Assembly (NCBI GenBank): GCA_964016885.1
Contig: OZ024741.1
Coordinates: 204,662,001 to 204,726,000 of the forward strand
Length of the DNA: 64,000 bases
Source: Eledone cirrhosa
Lineage: Eukaryota
Direction: 5' to 3'
The position numbers and the translations under genes are program-made. A model generated the notes under the pieces. That model did no database searches and was not told the DNA's origin. It saw only the letters and a program-made list of their open reading frames with translations. Below are positions 55,862 to 64,000 of the stretch, in pieces. Each line of letters starts with the position of its first letter. Positions within the stretch are counted from its first letter, which is position 1.

Positions 55862-55969
55862 GCATGCCTCCAAGTTGCTGAGTCTGAATGGTCCGACAAG
55901 TTTTCTCTGGACACTGTTGGAAGCTCTGGAACTGTTCAGTGCAAGAACAAAGCTGCTGGAATCTATGAA
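55862..55969 (+). CDS. VPS13: VPS13 exon, ACLQVAESEWSDKFSLDTVGSSGTVQCKNKAAGIYE (VAB/SHR-binding repeat region)
   Basis: ttttag acceptor, GT donor at 55970, 108 nt, phase 0/0. Contains the WSxxFSLDTVGS.G.V.C motif characteristic of VPS13A/C. Confidence 0.92.
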
Positions 55970-56133
55970 GTATATAGTTTTTGCATTTTTTTGTTATTTA
56001 TTTTTTTAACATTATCCTAATATCTTGACCATTTGAACTTGATTTGTTAGTTGAATACATTATCAGATTTATTCAATTATTTTATATCTCATGTCTAGCA
56101 TGACAGCTTTGGTGTCTAGTGTATCTCTTTTTT

Positions 56134-56327
56134 ATTTACTATTATCAATTATTATTTTGCTATTTATGATTATCAATTATTATTTTACTATTTACTATTA
56201 TCAATTATTGATTTGTTAGTTACTATTATTAATAGTTATTTTGTTATTTACTATCATCAATAGTTATTTTGTTATTTACTATCATCAATAGTTATTTTGT
56301 TATTTACTATCATCAATAGTTATTTTG
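56134..56327. repeat. 28-bp AT-rich minisatellite, about 7 copies
   Basis: Unit tttactatcatcaatagttattttgtta, increasingly degenerate leftwards. Confidence 0.85.
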
Positions 56328-57133
56328 GCTAGGTTTTTATGGCTGCTGGATGTCCTTCCTAATACCAACTATGTGTATAGTGTAGAACTGGGTTGTCCTA
56401 TTATGAAGAAGGTCTGGCCAGTTGGCTGTGCCATACTCTGCTTGCAGCAGAACCATATTTTTGGAGCTGGTTGGGCACATTATGAGGAAGGTCTGGCCAG
56501 TTGGCTGCACTGAACCTTGCAAATAGTAGGACCTGGATTTTTATGGCTACTGGATGCCTTTCCTAACACCAACCACATTTACAATGTGGAACTGGGTGGT
56601 CCCACTAATGAGACAAGTCTGGCAACACCATACCTTGCTTATATGGGCCCGTGTTTTGGCTGAGTTTTTACAGCTGTTGGATGCCCTTCCTAACACCAAC
56701 TAGGTTTTTTTTTTAGATCAAACAGTTTTAAGGAATAAAAAAATTAAAAAAACTTTACAGGACAAGTCACATACCTGCTTCCATAAATAATACAAGTTAC
56801 TGCGGGGTTTGCTAGAAGTACATGAAGAAAGGAAGACTGCTTTTCGATTAAAGAGATGTATTTTGTAATTCATTGTTACACTGCTTAAAAGTGTTCGTAA
56901 TGACTGAAATATTATTTCAGTGCTTCACAATTCTAACTTCAAATCTTCTCAAGGTTGACTTTCGCCTTGTGTTGTGCATAATGAAAATTGATTCTTGTAG
57001 TTTCCTTTTTCTTTATATCTCAAATACTTAAAATTTGGAACTATAAACCCTTTTTATTGCATGAAAGTTTTCTAATTGTTACACTCATAAAATGAATTTT
57101 TTTTAAAATAACTTTATCAATTTTTTTCATTAG

Positions 57134-57220
57134 GTTGGTGTCAACATCCGTTTATCTTCCTCTGGTTTAACAAAAATCGTAACCTTCACCCCATACCATA
57201 TGATGTTAAATACCTCAGAG
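57134..57220 (+). CDS. VPS13: VPS13 exon, VGVNIRLSSSGLTKIVTFTPYHMMLNTSE
   Basis: ttag acceptor, GAG|GTAAGA donor, 87 nt, phase 0/0. Contains the VGV.I.LSS..LTKIVTFTP motif of VPS13A/C. Confidence 0.93.
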
Positions 57221-57406
57221 GTAAGATGATTGCTACTAACCCAATTTTTTACCATTTATAAAATATCATGTGTGTATATCATGACTCATACACTGTTCAT
57301 ATTCCTGACATTTGCACATTATTCTATGTACTATACATGCACCTTTGATGAGTTGTAGTGCACCTGAGCACTGTACACAATAATTTTCATTATTATTATA
57401 ACTACC

Positions 57407-57503
57407 CCGAGGTTGACTTTGCCTTTCATCCTTACGGGGTCGATAAAATAAAGTACCAGTAATGCACTGGGTAATTGCTGGCCTTGTGCCTAAAGTAGAA
57501 ACA
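57407..57503 (+). mobile_element. 5'-truncated copy of the same SINE, with an 18-bp TSD
   Basis: TSD attattattataactacc at 57389-57406 and 57504-57521. The body appears identical to the 3' half of 59196-59381. Confidence 0.88.
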
Positions 57504-57516
57504 ATTATTATTATAA

Positions 57517-58010
57517 CTACCAGAAAAAATGTATAGTGTGCATGTCTATATTATATGAAAATATTCATGCATGTAGATATGATACATCAAATAAAATCGT
57601 AATTGACAATATGCACAGAAATTGAAGAGAGACTGGGTTACACTCTCTTTTGTAAGTAAAGTAATCCATGATACATTTAAAAAAGACGATATTATATATA
57701 AACTGCATTACGGTGAAATGTAATGAAACCTTATATAACGATGCGAATATATGGATGTTTATATAAGCGATGTGTTATGATATAACGAAGGCTAACCGGA
57801 AGTGTAGACATTTGAAAATTTTAAAAGAAGTGAATCTTAAAATAAGCAATCATTATATATATGTTTAATCAAGAGCTACGAAATTTAGTAGATAAATTAT
57901 GTAATATTCATTCATTTATTTATTCAAAGTAATCCAACTTATTTTACAAACGGGATAAAAAAATATATTCAGGACACAGTCCCGCATTCCTTACTTTATT
58001 ATAGTTTAGA
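57517..58010 (-). mobile_element. Non-autonomous Helitron-like element, copy 2 (hairpin deleted)
   Basis: Minus strand A|TCTAAACTATAATAAAG ... GGTAG|T: TC start, insertion between A and T, no TSD. High similarity to 47939-48510. Confidence 0.65.
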
Positions 58011-58980
58011 TTAAAATATATATTAATAATTTTCAGTATTTTTATTTTATTCTCATATAACTACCACTGTTTTCTTTTTTGTTTGTATATTTGATATTAA
58101 AGAATTATTTTTTATCTATTTTAATATACAAGGACTAATTTACTTTTCTAACTTCATGTCAACAAAGGATGAAGGGGAGTCCCATGAGCTAGTCATTGGG
58201 ACACCCCCAAAGGCTTTGTTTTTATATAGTGCATCTCAACAGGGACAAAAGTATACAGTCAGGAGGAGTTCTAATCAAAACTTTACAGTTTGACAATAAC
58301 ACCCCAAGGTTCCTTACAACTTTGCAGTTTGGTCAAGCAAGAGTTACTATCTTTGTGATAGCATAAAAGCACCAACTCTTTAGTTACACATATCAAGTAA
58401 ACTTGTCTGGGGCTAAACAGTTACATGCCATTTTGTTGTCTACAACATTACACTTTCCTTGCTAATAAGCAACACTCAACTAAAAATGTTACTAACTTTA
58501 CATATTCTAGGCTTCACAATTTCTGATGACTTTTTCTGATGGCCACACAATAATAACTTGGCTGAAACTGTATAGCAAAAACTGAGTTTCCTCTTTAGAG
58601 CCAGGGAATATTTCAGCTTTGATCACTTGCTGGCTCTTTACAAGCTCATATATTGTACATGACAAAGTACTGCTAATATATCTTGAACAAAACAGATACT
58701 ACATTCACAAATACTTTTCCTGTTTCTCTGTATAGCAAGCTATGTACCATCTACCCAATGCACTTGACTCTTACACTTTCCCTACAGATATTCCAGTTAA
58801 ATATCAATCTCATCTACTAGGAAAGCCCACAAAGATGAAGTGCACAGTATCCTCTCTCCCTTGGACCATGTATTAAAATAAAAATCTGGTTGTACAGTAC
58901 CATGTCACTGTATAATATATTTTAATGTATACACAATAGTCATTATCAAAAAACTTTTTCTCAATTTTGTATCATTTCAG

Positions 58981-59172
58981 TTAATATATTTGGTTCAAGA
59001 AATAACTCTGGAACCATCTAGTTGGATTGAAGTCCGTCCCCAACAATGCATACCATTCTGGCCTTTGACAACAAAGCTGGAGTTAAAAGCCAAAGTTATT
59101 GACACAAATGAAGAAACTAATGTCTTCTCCATAAGCAAGCCTCATTCTACGCTTCTTAAATTGAAAAACAAT
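58981..59172 (+). CDS. VPS13: VPS13 exon, LIYLVQEITLEPSSWIEVRPQQCIPFWPLTTKLELKAKVIDTNEETNVFSISKPHSTLLKLKNN
   Basis: tttcag acceptor ending at 58980, GTAATT donor at 59173, 192 nt, phase 0/0. W..V...C.PFWP motif, colinear with the previous exons; overlaps ORF 58990-59196. Confidence 0.9.
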
Positions 59173-59195
59173 GTAATTTTTATTATTTTCTTTTA

Positions 59196-59381
59196 AGGGC
59201 AGTGGATTGGCAGTATCAGTAGAGGGTCGGGCGCCATGCTTTCCAGCATAGTTACGTCCCTTTACGATCTGAGTTCAAATCCCGCCGAGGTTGACTTTGC
59301 CTTTCATCCTTACGGGGTCGATAAAATAAAGTACCAGTAATGCACTGGGTAATTGCTGGCCTTGTGCCTAAAGTAGAAACA
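59196..59381 (+). mobile_element. Young SINE of a second family, with a 14-bp TSD
   Basis: TSD attattttctttta at 59182-59195 and 59382-59395. The core gaggttgactttgcctttcatccttacggggtcgataaaataaagtaccag resembles a Meta/MESC-type domain (recalled). Older copies lie at about 3143-3303, 45905-46045, 48880-48980 and 60000-60160. Confidence 0.85.
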
Positions 59382-59489
59382 ATTATTTTCTTTTATTCAC
59401 TTTTTTTTAAATATATTTTATTACTGCATTTTGTGTAATGTTGATGGTTGCAGGTTTCTACTGGCCCAATCATTGGTTCACTACTTTTA

Positions 59490-59630
59490 CAACAAGAGTT
59501 GTGGCAAGGGATAAACAGGGAGTTGTGGCCAAAAGTTGACTGGAGGTGTGTCTGAAGGAACTGATTGGCTGTGACAAAGAATTGACAGGGGGTGGGGAAA
59601 GCAATTGACAGGGGTTGTGGCAAGGGATTG
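59490..59630. repeat. Degenerate minisatellite, unit about 23 bp, about 6 copies
   Basis: Units resembling acaggggttgtggcaagggattg. Confidence 0.6.
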
Positions 59631-60191
59631 TCATTTACATTAGAACAAGATATTTAGTTTCAAAGGCAATGGTTATCATTTTAATTTTTCTTACTAATGT
59701 TTACATCTTTTGATGTTATACTTCTGCAAAATACACATGTACTACCCACACATAAAATCTGATTTGAAGTTATTTTACTTTACTGACAAAACTGCTTATG
59801 TTCTTGAGAAAAACATACATATTATGCATCTCCATTTCTATTTTACTATTTGGGGCCTTGTACATAGTTTCTCTCTAACAAAATCTACTTATAAGGCATT
59901 CATCAAACTGACACTATGGTAAAAGACACTTGCCCACACAGCTATCCCTACATTCGTTGTCAGATAAAATGCCTTGTGGTATTTAGTTGAAACTTGTTAT
60001 GTACTGAGCTTAAATCCCACTAAAGTCAACTTTGCCTTTCATCCTTCTGGAGATCAATGAAATAAAGTACCAATCATACACTAGGGTTGATGTAAATGAC
60101 TTATCCTTCCCCACCCAAAACAAATTTGATGGCTTTGTGCCTAAATTAGAAACCATTATGTCACCATTTAAAAGCTATCATTATTTTTCAG

Positions 60192-60325
60192 CATGGAGGA
60201 ATCAACATTGATTGTCAAATAACAGAAACTTCCTTTATAACAACATTAACCAACTACAAACCAGGCATGGCATCTGTTTTATTGGTAAACCACACTGATA
60301 GATGTTCAGTTAAGTTTAGCCAAAA
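60192..60325 (+). CDS. VPS13: VPS13 exon, HGGINIDCQITETSFITTLTNYKPGMASVLLVNHTDRCSVKFSQ
   Basis: tttcag acceptor, AA|GTAAGT donor, 134 nt, phase 0/2. GGI..D....E.S..IT...Y..G.A..L.VNHT pattern of VPS13A/C. Confidence 0.9.
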
Positions 60326-60498
60326 GTAAGTTCTGTTTTACCATTATTTTCATTTTCCCCAAAGCTTAATAAGACAGTTTTGTTTTTAATTAATGAACTA
60401 GTGTCATCAATAATAACAGCAATAGCGTTGAACATATTTAATTTTTGGAGTCCAGGATTGCTATACTGTATATACCAGGATTACTGGATATATAAACA

Positions 60499-61252
60499 GT
60501 TTCTCCCTAAAAAGGAAAGGCAGACTGTATGATGCCTGCATACGAACAGCAATGTTACATGGCAGTGAGACATGGGCATTGTGTGCAGACTGGAGAGGAA
60601 CGAAGCTTGCATGCTCCGTTGGATGTGTAATAGTAATATACATGAGCGGCAAAGCATAAATGAGAAATTAGGAATAAGTGAGAAATTAGGAATAAGAGGG
60701 ATCAGATGCTGTTTACTCGAGAGAAAACTATGTTGGTATGGTCACGTGATGCGCATGAAAGACGACAGCTGTATAAAAAAGTGCAGGGCAATCAAAATTG
60801 ATGGAAGCTACGGAGTAGGCAGACCCAGAAAACCCTGGGACGATTTGATAAATTCCGACCTTACACACTTGCCTCTCCAAGGCAATGTCACTGGATTGAG
60901 ATCTTTGGCGCTACGCAGTAATACAGAAGACCCGCCTTGCCCAAGTACAAACCGAAACCTACAGTCAGTAGGCACCTCCTAACCAAAATTACACCCCATC
61001 CCACTACCCCTACCCCCACTCCCATCTACACCACCCCTTTCTCTGTAAAGTTATGTTGGTACCACAACATCCAGTCCTAAATAAATGAGGTCGTGTAGGT
61101 CTCACGACAAAAAAAACACACAGTCCACGCTGTAATGTGGCCATGTAGGTAACACGGTAAAAACCTCCCTGTCCACACTGTAAATGTGGTTGGTGTTAGG
61201 AAGGGCATCCAGCCATAGAAAACCCGCCAGACAGTCCTATACGAGCAAGACA
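60499..61252 (+). mobile_element. RTE LINE 3' fragment (same family as 4091-6261)
   Basis: ORF 60572-60982 and the following UTR match 5415-6170. Confidence 0.88.
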
Positions 61253-61328
61253 GTCATACAAGCAATATATGTAGATTACCTACACTTAGAGGCGATTAAA
61301 AATAAAAATAGTATTTCTAGGAAATTAG

Positions 61329-61650
61329 GTGAAGGTGCATGGTTTAGTAGTTAGTGTCAGTCTTACAATCATGAGATTGTGATTTTCGATTCTCGGACCG
61401 AGCTTTGTGTTGTATTTGAGCAAGGCACTTTATTTCACGTTTCTCTAGTTAACTCAGCTGTAGAAATGAGTTGCAACATCACTGGTGCCAAGCTGTATCA
61501 GCCTTTGCCTTGGACAACATCAGTGGTGTGGGCATGGGCGACTGCTGGTCTTCCACAAACAACCTTGACCGGACTTGTGCCTCGGAGGGAAACTTTCTAG
61601 CTGCAAATTGCATAGTCATTTATGACTGAAGGGGGTCTTTGCCTTTGCCT
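61329..61650 (+). mobile_element. tRNA-derived SINE, same family as 6741-7053
   Basis: Shares the head, the gagcaaggcactttatttcac core and the agctgtagaaatgagttgcaa body. Confidence 0.8.
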
Positions 61651-62331
61651 TAGGTGTAGAAGAATGGCTCGTGAGAGCAGTGTAAGCTATGTACAAAAGA
61701 GCCGTCAGTAAAGTGAGGGTAGGAAATGAGTTTAGTGAGTAATTTAAGGTACAGATAGGAGTTCATCAAGGTTCAGTTCTTAGTCCACAACTGTTAATCA
61801 TAGTTCTTCAGGCCATAACAGATGAGTTTAAAATGAGCTGCCCGTGGGAACTTCTGTATGATTTGCTGAAACTAAAAAAGCTAGAAAATAAATTCCGATT
61901 ATGGAAACTGAATTTGGAATCAAAAAACCTGAGAATAAACTTAGCTAAAACTAAACTAAAGTGCTAGTGAGTAGAAGAGAAGATATGACCTGGATTCCCT
62001 CATGGAAGTGGCCATACTCAATATGCAGAAAAGGAGTAGACATAAACTCATACAATGTAAATCTTGGGTACACAAAAGATGTAGTGGGTTAACAAGTAGA
62101 ATAACAGAAAGGGAGAACTTTGCTTGTAGAAGTTGCACAGGAGAAATAGAGAGGAAGACTGCTAATGATATAAAACATTTCCAGTCACAGGAAGGATCCA
62201 TAGACATGGTTGATAGCTTCTGCTACCTGGCTTAGGAGCAGAGGAGGGTGTACCAAGAATATAATAGCTAGAATAAGGATAGGATGAAAGAATTTTAGAG
62301 AACTACTCCCACTGATGACAACAAAAGGTTT
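61651..62331 (+). mobile_element. Degenerate RTE LINE RT fragment
   Basis: Remnants LGVEEWLVRAV, GVHQGSVLSP, CPWELLY and WVHKRCSG (ORF 62002-62235). Confidence 0.8.
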
Positions 62332-62767
62332 AAAGGAAACGAATGTTTGTCGATGAATGGACAATTCATCGTTTCTCTTTGTTGAATAAATGACTCCAGA
62401 AAGGGGGTGAACCATCAAAATTTAACGCTCTTTTATTAAATGTGATATTTAATAAATTTCCTACAACGTCAATTTAAACATACCTTGTGGGTTAATAAAA
62501 AAAAGGGTGTAATAATATTCTCCGGTACAGAAATAACGAAGACATAAGCAAATGCCTATTCATCGAGATATCGTAGCGTCCTTGATCCGAAGGAGGGCAT
62601 TTTCACATCTTTTACGAAGACAGCATAGTCAATATTTTATCAGGAGCGAATCCTTTCACGTCTGTTCAAACCAGCGTCTGTGACCGGATGTGTATTTCCT
62701 CCGCTCTCTGAAGAGTTGTTAACGGGAGGCAACTGCTCGTTGCTAAGCGACCATCTCAGTCACTACA
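62332..62767 (-). mobile_element. Putative 3' LTR of the Gypsy element (boundaries uncertain)
   Basis: Minus strand reads gaggtgaa|TGTAGTG at 62767, resembling a weak PPT followed by an LTR start. The RTE match stops abruptly at about 62331. The other LTR end may instead be the TGTAAT near 62508. Confidence 0.4.
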
Positions 62768-63220
62768 TTCACCTCGGAGCAGATTTTTTGTTGAAAAATC
62801 GTTAACGATGGAGCAAAGGACCCACAAGGTAGTTTACAAAATGTAGAAGCATGTATCAACAAATTATGAAAAAAAAAAAAATAGGTTCATGTCTGCAAGC
62901 ATTAACACAGAAAAAAAATGTACAGCAAAAGATGCAAAAGGCATGAAAAGATAACACTCTTCACAATAAAGGGGCCCCAAATGCGATAAACAAAAAAAAA
63001 ATTTTTTGCTAGGCAATGAAAATGCCATATGTAGCATAGCTATAAAAATGCACTAAAAAAATGGACTGTCAGAATTGACAACAGTCGTAATGTTACGAAA
63101 AATATAATAAATTGACACTGCCGTAGGCAGTCAAGAATCAAAAAGCAACAAAATGCAATATACAGCAAAAACAATTGGAAGAAAAAAAAGAATACAATTC
63201 AGTTTATATTACTGCATAGC

Positions 63221-64000
63221 TTACGGGGCCAATGCACCCTTCGCCCAGAACAGGTCGTAGTTCTGTGTGTTGATGGTGAGGGGGGGGGGAGAAATAGGCG
63301 TATGTGGCAAAGAAAAAGAAGGGGGCATTTGAGTTTCAAGTGTCATTGTGTCATTGTCCAGGTTTGCTCGTTTGAGACGATCAACGGAAACCGTTTCCCT
63401 GGAACCCTGAATGTCCAGTGTGAAATGTTTGTCTGTGCGAGCAAGCACACGATAGGGTCCAGAGTACGGCTGTTGAAGAGGGGGCCTCACGGCGTCGTTT
63501 CTAACAAACACATGTGTCCACAAGGCAATATCCCTTGAGACGACAGTTTTTACAGTCTGCTTCCTAGTGCCCATCGGTGGTAGATCCTTGAAATAAGAGT
63601 GAAGCCGGGACACGTAGGAAGCGGGGTCCTGCGAAGTCAGGTCAAAAGGGGCCAGCATTTGCCCCGGTAACGCCAGAGGAGTACCATAAACTAATTCGGC
63701 AGAGGAGAACCCAAGGTCCACCTTTACCGTCGACCGAATACCCAACAACACAATAGGTAGGTACTCGCTCCAACGTGAAGAGTCCATGGAAGCCCTTAAG
63801 GAGGCTTTGAGTTGCCTGTGGAATCTTTCCACCATTCCATTTGAGGCTGGGTGGTAAGCCGTGGTTCTTATTCGGGTAGCCCCCAGGATTTGGGTTAATT
63901 CTCGGAAGAGGTTAGACTCAAATTGATGACCACGATCCGTTGTTATGGTGGTTGGTACACCGAAACGAGCGATCCATGAAGATACGAGAGTACGGGCTGT
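63221..64000 (-). mobile_element. Ty3/Gypsy LTR retrotransposon integrase C-terminal region (runs off the window end)
   Basis: Open frame from 64000: [21 protein letters not shown]...[20 protein letters not shown]...PYSGPYRV...VSVDRLK (rve core and GPY/F motif). Confidence 0.92.

Overview
AT-rich animal genomic DNA. The repeat repertoire (RTE LINEs with (GAT)n tails, tRNA-derived SINEs, long (TA)n tracts) suggests a mollusc, probably an octopod cephalopod; this is inference. The window lies inside a + strand VPS13 gene (VPS13A/C-like), of which five in-frame GT-AG exons are visible: 1250-1333, 55862-55969, 57134-57220, 58981-59172 and 60192-60325. The first intron seen is about 54.5 kb and includes a 200-N gap. 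It is dominated by a 32.6-kb head-to-tail array of about 70 apparently identical 467-bp units (7851-40418) embedded in (TA)n. Key observation: every unit carries, on the minus strand, a complete minimal type I hammerhead ribozyme (stem I AAUAUUG/CAAUAUU, CUGAUGA, stem II GUUGU/ACAAC, GAAA, palindromic C-UA-G stem III, GUU cleavage triplet). The rest of the unit is a chain of hairpins. The array ends in a 197-bp inverted copy, so both junctions join the 3' end of ribozyme-sense sequence to the TA tract. This fits a retrozyme or Penelope-type ribozyme repeat, possibly copied by twin-primed, rolling-circle reverse transcription of a 467-nt circular RNA and lying antisense to the host gene. The rest of the window holds decayed RTE and CR1-like LINEs, SINEs, Helitron-like and TTAA MITEs, a 111-bp palindromic MITE and the integrase end of a Ty3/Gypsy element.
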